Assembly (NCBI GenBank): GCA_030390025.1 | Contig: CM059431.1 | Span: forward strand, 137,828,001 to 137,892,000 | Direction: 5' to 3' | Length of the DNA stretch: 64,000 nucleotides | Source of the DNA: Squalus acanthias | Taxonomy: Eukaryota | In this document: piece by piece, positions 38,398 through 49,824 of the stretch | How the letters are laid out: every line of letters starts with the position of its first letter | Numbering within the stretch: the first letter of the stretch is position 1 | Position numbers and translations under genes: made by a program | The notes under the pieces: model-generated | Database searches by the model: none | Told to the model about the DNA's origin: nothing | Seen by the model: the letters and a program-made list of their open reading frames with translations, nothing else

Positions 38398-38467
38398 TGC
38401 ATTGCTGGGATGTTGCCGGGTACGAGGCACTGAAGAGCAGGAGTGTGAGGGTCATCACCGGGGGCAT
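38398..38467 (-). CDS. Intrinsic-factor-like gene, first coding exon: signal peptide MPPVMTLTLLLFSASYPATSQQC
   Basis: ATG with A at -3, hydrophobic core, first conserved Cys, GTAAGT donor at 38397-38392, phase 1. Confidence 0.85.
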
Positions 38468-38867
38468 TGTTGACCGCGAGCCGCGGGCCCTGTGTTGGAC
38501 CCTCCTGAGTGCAGTAGGGAGGTAGACTGGGCAGCGTAACTTGGACTGTAACCGGGAAACTGGACGGATTGGCTCAGTGGGCTGGTTCACCTTTTAACGC
38601 GGCGGTCGGAGGCGGGCTTTAAGTGTGATGGAGTGAAGCAGGCTGTGGTGATACCAGAAATCGGGTCATTTCGGGAGTGCTCCGTCACTGGAATTCAATT
38701 AATTTCATCTAAAGAGCAGGTTACACCCACTCCGCGCTCACTGCCAGGCACAAGAAACAATCCCTGTAAACTGAGGCAGCATCACGGTTTCTCACTCAAT
38801 GCCACCGAGTGTTTAACTTGTTTTGTTTTGCGCAGTCTTTCAGGAACAGCGGTGTAGGAAATGTGTT

Positions 38868-39310
38868 TCGGAACATTAAAAACAGGAGCAGGTTATTCAG
38901 CTCCTTGAACCTGATCCGCTCTTCAGTCAGATCATGGCTGATCTGCACCTCAGCTCCATTCACCCGCCTTTGCTCCATATCCGGCGGTGCCCTGACCCAG
39001 AGAAACATGTTGGTCTCAGTCCTGAAGTCTACAATTGACCCCCAGCATCCACAGCCTTTTGGGGGAGCGAGTTACAGATTTCCACTACCCAGTCTGTGAA
39101 AAAACACTTCCTGATTTCACTCCTCAACAGCCTGGTTCCAATTTTAAGGTTGTGTTCGCTTGTTCTAGATTCCCCCACCAAAGAACTTGTTTCTCCCTAT
39201 CTGCCCCATCGGGTCATTTTATAATTTCAAACATCTCGATGAGATCACCCTCAATCTTCTAAATACAAGGGAATTGAAGGCAAGTTTATGCGACCTATCC
39301 AATGAATTCA
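38868..39310 (-). mobile_element. CR1 3' fragment, antisense
   Basis: Antisense CR1 3' UTR and degenerate C-terminal ORF2. Confidence 0.75.
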
Positions 39311-39420
39311 ACCTATTGTAGTTCTGAGTTAAAACAAAACTGCAGCAAATATCAGGGTGAATTGTTCTGTTTCATGGGGCTGCAAGAAAGTGGGGATTGA
39401 GAATCTTGATTTAAAAGCAG

Positions 39421-39468
39421 CGCCTGAACAGGGACTTGAACCCTGACCCTCAGATTAAAAGTCTGATG
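39421..39468 (-). pseudogene. 3' two-thirds of a tRNA-Lys(UUU)
   Basis: cgcctgaacagggacttgaaccctgaccctcagattaaaagtctgatg is a near match to the reverse complement of the tRNA-Lys-TTT anticodon arm, T arm and acceptor strand. The D arm is missing. Confidence 0.8.
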
Positions 39469-39779
39469 AGATGTTAAACCGTTGCCTCGCCTGCCCTCCT
39501 CGGTGGACACTGAAGATCCCACCGCAATATTGGAAGAGGATCAGGGGCTCAATCAAATCAGCCGCCTGTTAAAGTCTGCACCCGATTTTCCATCCCATTC
39601 CATTCAATTTTAAGGAAAATCAGGCAGCTAATTCCACATCGATCGTTTAGACCATCTCTCGAAATTCAAATTCATGTGTACAAATTCCTCTTGGAAGTCA
39701 GCTCTACAGGGGCTCTATCGCATCGGCTGCCTGTTGTACCCGTCGCTTCATATTCAATTCTCGTGAAGCCAATGGAGCT

Positions 39780-40378
39780 CAATATCAGGTGAGGAGTGTA
39801 GGGCGGCCGATAATGGTGCTGAATATCAGATGGGGAGTGTAGGGGCCGATAATGCGACAGAATATCAGGCGGGGAGTGTAGGGGAGCTGATAATGGGACT
39901 GAACAGCAAGCGGAGAGTGTACGGGAGCTGATAATGGGACTGAACAGCAGGCAGGGAGTGTAGGGGCCGATAATGGGACTGAACAGCAGGCAGGGAGTGT
40001 AGGGGCCGATAATGGGACTGAACAGCAGACAGGGAGTGTAGGGGCCGATAATGGGACTGAACAGCAGGCGGAGAGTGTAGGGGAGCTGATAATGGGACTG
40101 AACATCAGGCAGGGAGTGTAGCGCGGCTGATAATGGCGCTGAATATCAGGCGGGGAGTGTAGGGCGGCTGATAATGGGACTGAACATCAGGCGGTGAGTG
40201 TAGGGCGGCCGATACCGGGACTGAATATCAGGCGGTGAGTGTAGGGCGGCCGATAATGCCGCTGAATATGAGGCAGGGAGTGTAGGGCGGCCGATAATGG
40301 GACTAAACATCAGGCGGGGAATGTAGAGGCCGATAATGGGACTGAATATCAGGCGGGGAGTGTAGGGGCGGCCGATGC
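39780..40378. repeat. 39-40-bp tandem repeat inside a MITE arm, about 15 copies
   Basis: Unit gataatgggactgaatatcaggcggggagtgtagggcggcc. Confidence 0.9.
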
Positions 40379-40984
40379 GATTCAACCCGTTTTGCACTGC
40401 TGGCGAAGGATAATCTTAGCCTCAGGGTGTGGGATGACCAGCGCACGGTACAGTTTCACTCCAGACCTGTACCTCACAGGTGCAACGGTTAAATCATATT
40501 TTACCTCTCAGTCAGTTTGACTTTGGTAAGGTATTGTCAAGCTGTCAATCTCACCTCTGTGTAAAGAGACATACTCCTGGTCTTTTTCCTCAACTCTGCC
40601 TTCAATAGAAGTTCTCAGTGTTCAGTGATATTGGTGGAAGAATGAGATGTTAAAAGTTAGCCATGAATTCCCCTTCGCAGCAGATTCCCTATAATTGTCA
40701 GCGTTATCCCGGCCACTTCCTTCTGAAGTAACCAGACACGGATCTTGCCTACTTACCCAATGCAGGGGAGAGGCGCCTGAACAATGGCTCGGCGTCAATG
40801 TCCAGTAAAATTAATCCACGGCTGAGAACTTCCCATCAAGTGGAGCCGATCCCCCTCCAGCAATTCGTAGGAACCTGTCAACAGAATCTAATTTATAAAT
40901 CACCAACAATGGAAGCAGCGAGCGCCCCACTCAGCAACGGCACTGATGAAAGAAGAAAGAAGAATGAATGAAAATCAGGCAGAC

Positions 40985-41420
40985 AGATATTTCATACATA
41001 CAGCGCATTTCACCACCTCAGCTCTTTACAGCCAATTAAGTACTTTTTGAAGTGTAGTCAATGTTACAATGTAGAAAACGTTACAGCCACTTTGTGCACA
41101 GTAAGGTCCAACAAACAGCAATGAGATGAATAACCAGATCATCCGTTTTTAGGATGTCAGGGGATAAATATTGGCCAGGTCACAGGGGAGAACTCCCCTA
41201 ATTTTCTTTGAAATAGTGGCATTGTTTACTTCCACCCGACAGAGCAGACGGGGCCTCGCTTTAGCACATTAATTCTAAGTTCTCTGCAAAAGACAGTGCG
41301 CCGCTCCCTCAGCACTGCACTGAAGTGTCAGCCTAGAATTATCTGCTCAAGTTTCTGGAGCAGATCTTTAACGCAAGGTTCTGAATCAAGATTGCTACCA
41401 ACTGAGGCACAACTAACACG
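40985..41420 (-). mobile_element. Near full-length Deu-domain tRNA SINE (SacSINE1-like)
   Basis: Head near 41400, then gcactgcactg..gtcagcctaga, gcagacggggcctc, gggataaatattggccagg, and the 3' tail near 40990. Confidence 0.8.
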
Positions 41421-41734
41421 CTTAATGAGCCAGCTTATTAGGTGAATCTTATAAATGTTTGGAAGCAAATTCAATAGTAACATTTAAAATGGAATTGGAT
41501 ATATACGTAAAGTGGAAAAACTTGCAGTGCCAAAGGGCAGCTGAATGGACAAAGACACGATGGGCCGTATGGCATCTTTCTGTGCTGTACCGTTCTCTGA
41601 TTCTATGATTAAGGTATAACTGAGTTCAGTGAGTGAAACAGAAAGATCCAAACAGAGGGATATAGATAAAGGTGTGACTGAGTACAGTGAGTGATACAGA
41701 GAGTCACCAGCAGAGGGCGATAGAATGACATAGT

Positions 41735-42310
41735 GCATTTAACGTAGTGAAACGTCACAAGGTGGTTCCCAGGGGCGTTATCAAACTAACTGTGACACCG
41801 AGCAACAGAAGGAGATATTAGGACAGGTGACCAGACGCTTGTTGAGAAAGGTAGGTTTTTAGGAGCATCTGAAAGGAGAAGAGTGAGAGGTGGCGAGGTT
41901 CAGGGAGGGAATTCCACAGCTTAGGGCTCAGACAGCTGAAAGCACGGCCACCAATGGTGGAGCAATTAGAATCGGGGATGAACAATAGGCCTTAATTGGA
42001 GGAGCGCAGAGATCTCGGAGGGTTGTAGTGCTGGAGGACGTTACAGAGATAGAGAGGGGGCGAGGCCATGGGGGATTTGAGCACGAGGATGAACATTTTA
42101 ATATTGAGGCATTGCCAGATGGCGTCAATGTTGGTCTGCGAGTCAGAAGCTCATCTCAGTGTCAGATACGAACCCAATGTTGCGAACGGTTTAGGTCAAC
42201 CACAGAGAGTTGTCAGGGAGAGGGATGGAGTCAGTGGCGAGGGAACGGAGTTTGTGGCGGGGACCAAAGACATTGGTTTCATTCTTCCCCATAATTAGTT
42301 GGAGGAATTT
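41735..42310 (-). mobile_element. L2 LINE fragments, antisense
   Basis: Reverse complement of the same L2 3' end seen at 19385-19945. Confidence 0.8.
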
Positions 42311-42691
42311 TTTTTCCAAAACTAGGTTTCAAACATTATCCTTTTTCTCGAAGATGAAGATTAGTTCCTGTCACTATTCCGAGCAAAATTGTTAACACCT
42401 GCAGGGAGATCACACGAATGATTACACTAGCATTACTAACCGGGAAATGTGTTCAAAAGTACATTTATGAGTTGTACTGTTTTAATGTCAGTCGCATGGG
42501 CATCGCTAGCAAGGCCAAGTTTATTGTCCATCCCAAGTTGCCCCTTGAGAACGTGGTGGTGGGCCGCCATCTTCTTCAACCGCTGCAGTCCATGTGGAAA
42601 AGGTACTCCCACTGTCCTGTTAGTTAGGATGTTATAGGATTTTGACACAGCGACGATGAAGATACGGTGATGTATGTCCAAGTCGGTATAA

Positions 42692-45078
42692 AAACATAAG
42701 AAATAGGAGCAGGAATAGGCCACTTGAGCCCTTGAGCCTGCTCCGCCATTCAATAAGATCATGGCTGATCTTGGGCTCAAAGTCACTTCCCAGTCCGCTC
42801 CCCATAACCCTTCACTCCCTTATCTTGCAAAAATCTGTCTATCTCCGCCTTAAATGTATTTAATGACCCAGCCTCCACGGCTCTCTGGAGCAGAGAATTC
42901 CACAGATTTACAATCCTCTGAGAGAAGAAATTACTCCTCATCTTAGTTCTAAAAGGGCGACCCTTTATTCTGAAACTCCCACGAGGGGAAACATCCTCTC
43001 TGCATCTACCTTTGACGAGTCCCCTTAGTATCTTATATGTTTCATTAAGATCACCTCTCATTCTTCTAAATTCCAATGAGTAAAGGCCCAACCTGCTGAA
43101 CCTTTCTTCATAAGTCAACCCCCTCATCTCTGAAATTAAACTAGTGAATTGTCTCTGAACTGCCTCCAATGCAAGTATATCCTTCCTTAAATAAGGAGAC
43201 CAAAACTGTACGCAGTACTCAAGGTGTGCTCTCACCAATACACTGTACAGTTGTTGCAGGACTTCCCTGCTTTTTAACTCCAACCCCCTTGCAATAAAGC
43301 CCAACATTCCATTTGCCTTTTTGATTAATTGCTGTACCTGCATGCTAACTTTGTGTTTCATGCACAAGGACCCCCAGGACCCTCTAAGCTGTAGCATTTT
43401 GCAATCTCTCTCCATTTAAATAATAATTTGCTTTTGTATTTTTCCTGCCAAAGTGGATAACCTCGCACTTTCCCACATTATACTCCATCTGCCAAATGTT
43501 TGCCCACTCACTTAGCCTATCTATAATCCCTTTGCAGATTATTTGAGTCCTCGGCACAACTTGCTTTCCCACCCATCTTTGTATCATACACAAACTTGGC
43601 TACATTACACTTGGACCCTTCATCCTAGTCATTAATGTAGATTGTAAATAGTTGGGGCCCCAGCACCGATCTCTGTGGCACCCCACTAGTTACTGTTTGC
43701 CAACCGGAAAATGGACCATTTATCCCGATTCTCTGCTTTATTTTAGTTAGCCAATTCTCTATCCATGCTAATATATTACCCCCAATTCCGTGAGCTCTTA
43801 TCTTATGCAGTAACCTTTTATGTGGCACCTTATCGAATGCCTTCTGGAAATCCAAATGCACCACATCCACTGGCTCACCTTTGTCCAACCTGCTCGTTAC
43901 ATCCTCAAAGAACTCTAGCAAATGTGTTAAACATGATTTCCCTTTCCTAAAACCATGCTGACTCTGCTTGACTGCAGTATGTTTTTCTAAATGCCCTGCT
44001 ACTACTTCCTTAATGAAGGACTCCAGCGTTTTCCCAACGACAGATGTTAGGCTAACTGGTCTATAGTTTCCTGCTTTCTGTCTCCCTCCTTTCTTAAATA
44101 GGGGTGTTACTTTTGCGGTTTCCCAATCCGCTGGGCCCTCTCCAGAGACCAGGGAATTTTGGTATATTGCAACCACTATCTCTGCAGCCACTTATTTTAA
44201 GACCCTGGGATGCAGGCCATCTGGTCCAGGGGACTTGTCGTCTTTTAGTCTCATTATTTCAGCAATTACTTTTCCCTCAGTGATAGTGATTGTCTTTAGT
44301 TCCCCCTCCGGCCCCTTGATTATCCATTATTGGGATGTTGTTAGTGTCTTCTACCATGAAGACAGATACAAAATATTTGTTCAGAGTCTCTGCCATTTCC
44401 CCGTTCCTCTATATTAATTCGCCAGTCTCATCCTCTAAGGGACCAACGTTTACTTTAGCTGCTCTCTTCCTTTTTATATACCTGTAGAAGCTCTTGCTGT
44501 CTGTTTTAATATTCCTTAACAGTTTACTCTCATAATTCATCTTCTCTCTGTTAATTTGTTAGTCATCCTTTGCTGGTTTTTAAAAAATTCCCAATCCTCT
44601 GGCCTCCCACCAAACTTGGCAACATTGTATGTCTTCGTTTTCAATTTGATACCCCCCTTTACTTCCTTAGTTAGCCAAGAATGGTGCTCCCTTCTCTTAA
44701 AATCTTTCTTTCTCACTGGAATATATTTTTGCTGAGAGTTATGAAATATCTCCATAAATGTCCACCACTGCATTTCAACTGTCTTACCTTTAACTTATTT
44801 TTCCAGTCCACTTTAGCCAGTTCTGCCCTCATGCCATCTTTGTTTAAGATCAGGACACTGGTTTAAGATACAACTTTCTCACCCTCCAACTGACTTTGAA
44901 ATTCAACCATGCTATGATCACTCTTTCCTAGAGGATCCTTTACTATGAGATCATTTATTCATTATGTCTCATTGCACAGTACCAGATCCAAGATAGCCTG
45001 CTCCCTGTTTGGTTTCATAATATAATGTTCTAGGAAATCATCCTGGATACACTCTATGAACTCCTCCTCAAGGCTACC
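42692..45078 (-). mobile_element. CR1 LINE, 5'-truncated, antisense, frameshifted
   Basis: NYRPVSLTSVVGK, LDFQKAFDKVPHKRL, YINDX, YSLEFRRMRGDL; tail at 42692. Confidence 0.95.
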
Positions 45079-46839
45079 ATCATCAGCAAAAGATGGCAAG
45101 AAAATGTTCAGGATTATTTTTGTACATAATGTTGTAAGGAATACTTGAAGGATAACATGGGTGGAAGAAGAACCTGTAACATCTTGATACCGGGAAAGAT
45201 AGAAGATAAAATCTTGCAGTTAAATGGCACCTTGCAGGGCGTCGCAATGTGTTTAGAGGACAATGAAATATTTTTAAGTGTATTCACTGTTGAAACGCGG
45301 CAGCCAATTTGTAAAGAAAAGGTCCCACAAGCAATGAGTTAAATGGCCAAATACTGAGTGCAGGAGCGAGTTTTTGTTTTAGAGATAGTAATTCCATCTC
45401 TGAGTCAGATGGTGAAGGGTTCAAGCCCCGCTCCAAACAGATCCCAACGTGTAGAGACTGAAATATATTCTGCACATTAGAGCTTTGCAGAAAGTCCTCA
45501 AATTGAGATACACAGGTTACGATGAGATCAGGTATATCCGTGTTGTAAAGGGAAGCAGAAAGATTTATTTCCCTTAGCCCCCGAGGGTGACTGACCATCA
45601 GATGAACAGTGAGGGCCAGACATGGAGAGATGGTTTGTTTTTGGTCTATTGATGAACATTCCCTCACTGTCACAATCTTGCCTTTTGGAGGAGCTGTGGC
45701 TTCGTTCGGGCAATTTTTGACATTTCCTCTGGTGGGAGAGACCAGAACAATTAGAGCTAGGAAAATTCAGGAGTGATTCCAGAAAACACTTCTTCACACA
45801 GAGGACAGTGGAGCTATCAAACTCTCTCCTCAAAAAGCTGTTGAGGCTGGGGTTCAGTCGAAATGTTCAAAATTGAGATAGATCGATTCTTGTTGGGTTA
45901 AGGAAACAAGGTGGTAGATGGAATAAGGATAGCGATCAACTATGATCTAATTGAATGGCAGAACAGGCTCGATGGGCTGAATTGCCCAGTTCTTACCTAT
46001 AGAGGGAGATAGAGAGACAATTGATAGAGAGGGGCGGAAAGATAGAGCGGGACAGAGAAAGAAAATGAGTGACTGTCAAAGAGAGAGCTGGAAGATTAGA
46101 GGAAACAAAAGCAAAGAAAGAGAGAAAAAGATATTTAAGGAAAAACAGAGAGGGAGAGAGAAGATAGGAATAGGGGAGAGGTAAACCAATAGAGATGGAG
46201 AAAGAGAAAGAGAGAACTCTTCCCGCTCTCCCTCCGCGTGGTTCTCCAGAAAGTGTGGATTGTTTCTATTGTGGCATAATTGCGGCTGAGAGAGCTTGGT
46301 TAGATCAGGCAGAGGCTTTCATTCGATAGTGGAGTTCGGTGGGGGTGGGGGGGGGTGGGAAGAGGCGGGGGGTTCAGCTGCATGTTACCGGAGAGTCAGA
46401 GCAGGTTTGGCATTTGGTCTCTGGTTTAGCAGATAACCAACAAGGAAACATTTTTCTCATTTGATCCAGAAATATTGAGGTTAGGTTGTTGATGCCAATG
46501 GAGGATTGGATAACTTGAGGAGATGAGCAGCTGTGTCCTCTTCTCCTCACTGGGCGGACTGACCCCTGGGTTTGTATCTGTACACCTGAGGTTCGGCTTT
46601 TCCCTTTCTGTCAGCCGCCAGGCACTGGTTTAATACTCAGTACTGAACCTGGGGTATTCACCTACACCACATGCTGTTTCTCTGAGATCTTTATGTACAT
46701 TGTACCTACAATCCTATTCATACCTTGACATCTGTTGCATGTCTCATTCATGCAGATGGATTTAGATTTAATCCCATTAGCTGTGGATCAGTGATAGCAC
46801 ATTCGCTTCTAAACCAGAGGGCTGTGTGTTATAAGCCCC

Positions 46840-47232
46840 TGTTATACGTTGGTATTCATTGTCCCAACAAATACATGTCAAGGGAGCAGATTAACCTTTA
46901 ACCTTACCTCCTCAGTGAGGGGCCGTCAGGGTTTTACCTCCCAGCCTATGTCTAGAAGTGAATGATTCCTAATATTGCTCGCTGAACTGTCTTATATCTC
47001 CCAGTTCTGACTGAGTATGCGTTCACTTCACCAACTCTCAATTAGGACCCCCACAAGTTATTGAGTGAATGAATTAAAACTTTCTTGCCAAATCTTCAAA
47101 GAAGTCAGACAGCAAATCATCCACTCAATCTGTTTACTGACTCCCAAATCATAATTATCATTATTTAAACATTGGGTATAATAATAAAGTAGAAACAGAT
47201 GTAGACAGGTTCGCCTGGCAATTTTAATAACA
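46840..47232 (+). mobile_element. Candidate short solo LTR
   Basis: TGTTAT...ATAACA inverted ends, AATAAA near 47184, imperfect flanks cccc/ccca. Interrupts a SINE head. Confidence 0.45.
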
Positions 47233-47497
47233 CCCAATTAATAGGCAGACAATTAACACAATGAATAAGAAAGGTTTTATAATCAGCTCAGTGTATCACC
47301 ATAATTCAGCATTAGCTGGATCGCTGATTATCAAATTCTAGTTGAGATCAGTGTGTGAGATGACTGCAGATTGGGGAGATTAATTTCAGATTGACTATTT
47401 GGGGATCTGATGAATTAACAGCATTAGATCGCCAGACTGCGCAACAGATTGGAGGAGAAATTCACCTCGGGCGTTAGAGCAAAATGGGCGATAGTGA

Positions 47498-47670
47498 ATC
47501 GGCGCCTCATTGTGGGCTCGGCCCGATTCTCCTTCCCATTGACTGTTGATTTCACCCAATCGGTGGCTCATTGTGGGCTCGGCCCGATTCTCCTTCCCAT
47601 TGACTGTTGATTTCACCCAATCGGTGGCTCATTGTGGGCTCGACCTGATTCTCTTGCCCATTGACTGTTG
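47498..47670. repeat. Three tandem copies of about 59 bp within a MITE-like element
   Basis: ctcattgtgggctcggcccgattctccttcccattgactgttgatttcacccaatcggtgg repeated. Confidence 0.85.
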
Positions 47671-48310
47671 CTTTTACCAATGCGATGTTAATCCAGGGCG
47701 ATCTGCCTGTACAAGTGGACCTAGCAGATCCAACAGCACTAATACAAGAGATGGGGAGTTCCCCGGTGGCTACACGGAGATGTATCCCTCAACATACTGT
47801 TCGGGTGTGAAACTGGTGTCAGAAATCGGCGGCCTCACACAGACCGTTCATTTCCATTTCCGAAACACCAATTTTACGCCAGTGACAATTTTTTCTCCAT
47901 CCATTCTTGAGCTTTGGGTGTCGCTGGTTGGGACGCATTAATTGCCCACTCCAATTGCCCTGAGAAGGTGCTGGTGGGCCTTCCTCTTGAACTGCTGATG
48001 TAGCTGTTTGATACAATTGAGTGGCCCACTTGGGCACTTCAGAGACAACTAACATAACAGTCACCCACACTAGTGAGGGACTGGAGTTATACACAGACCA
48101 GGTAAGGACAGCAGATTTCCTTTCCAAAAATATTGGTGAACCTGTTTTTAATTAAACTCAGACAGATTAATGGTCACTGATCTCAGTTCTTTTTAAATTC
48201 CAGTTTTGTTTAAACTGAATTTAAATTCTGAAACTGCCATCTGAGCTCATGTTCTTTTTGGTTATTAGCACAGCCTCTGGATTTACTCGCCCAGTAACAT
48301 AACCACTATA

Positions 48311-49824
48311 CTATCCTAGGGTTCTAAAAGAGGTGGCTGAAAAGATAGTGGATGCATTGGCTTTGGTCTTCCAAAATTCCCCAGATTCTGGAATGGTTCC
48401 AGCAGATTGGAAGGTCGCAAATGTAACACCGCTATTGAAGAAAGGAGGGAAGAGAAAAAGCAGGGAATTACAGGCCAGTTAGCCTGACATCAGTTTTTGG
48501 GAAAATGCTGGAATCCATTGTTAAGTAAGTGATATCAAGTCACTTAGAAAATCATAACATGATTAGGCAGAGTCAACATGGTTTTATGAAAGGGAAATCG
48601 ACTTTGACAAACTTATTCGGTTTTTGAGGATGTAACTAGCAGGGTAGATAATGGGGAACCAGTGGATGGAGTATATTTGGATTGCCAAAAGGCATTCGAT
48701 AAAATGCCACATAAAATATTATTACACAAGATTAGGGCTCATGGGGTTGGGGGTAATATAGTAGCATGGATAGAGGATTGGTTAATGGACAGAAAACAGA
48801 GAATAGGGATAAACGGATCTTTTTCAGGTTGGCAGGCTCTAACAAGTGGGGTGCCGCAAGGATCAGTGTTGGGGCCTCAGCTATTTACAATCTATATTAA
48901 TGACCTAGATGAAGGGAAAGAGTGTAATGTATCCAAGTTTGCTTATGATACAAAGCTAGGTGGGACAGTAAGCTGTGAGAACAAAGAGTCTGCAAAGGGA
49001 TACAGATAGACTAAGTGAGTGGGCAGTAAGGTGGCAGATGGAGTATAATGTAGGGAAATGTGAGGTTATTCACTTTGGTAGGAAGAATAGAAAAACAGAA
49101 GATATTAAATGGTGAGAAACTTTCAAATGTTGGTGTTCAGAGATTTGGGTGTCCTCGTGCAAGAAACACAGAAAGGCAAATGGCATATTGGCCTTTATTA
49201 CAAGGTGGTTGAAGTATAACAGTAAGGAAGTCTTGCTACAATTGTACAGGGCCTTGGTGAGACCACACCTGGAGTACTGTGCACAGTTTTGGTCTCGTTA
49301 TCTAAGGAAGGATATACTTGCCTTGGAGGCGGTGCAACGAAAGTTCACTAGATTGATTCCTGGGATGAGAGGGCTGTCCTGTGCTGAGAGATTGTGTAGA
49401 ATGGCCCGATACTCTCTGGAGTTTAGAAGAATGAGAGGTGATCTCATTGAAACATACAAGATTCTGAAGGGGATTGACAGGGTAGATGCTGAGAGGTTGA
49501 TTCCCCTGGCTGGAGTGTCTAGAACTACGGGGCATAGTCTCAGGATAAGGGGTCGGCCATTTAAGACTGAGTTAAGGAGGAATTTCTTCACTGAGGGTTG
49601 TGAATCTTTGGAATTCTCTGCCCCAGAGGGCTGTGAATGCTGAATGTTTGAGTATATTCAAGGCAGAGATAGATAGATTTTTGGACTCTAGGGGAATCAA
49701 GGGATAGAGAGATCGGGCGGGAAAGTGGAGTTGAGGTCGATGATTAGCTATGATCTTATTGAATGGCGGAGCAGGCTCGACGGCTGTGTGGCCTACTCCT
49801 GCTCTTATTTCTTATGTTCTTATT
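48311..49824 (+). mobile_element. CR1 LINE, 5'-truncated, with 9-bp TSD
   Basis: RT motifs with frameshifts; ACCACTATA at 48302-48310 and 49825-49833. Confidence 0.93.

Noticed and set aside
46338..46372. G-quadruplex-capable G runs
   Set aside because: Motif present, but nothing ties it to a promoter or function.
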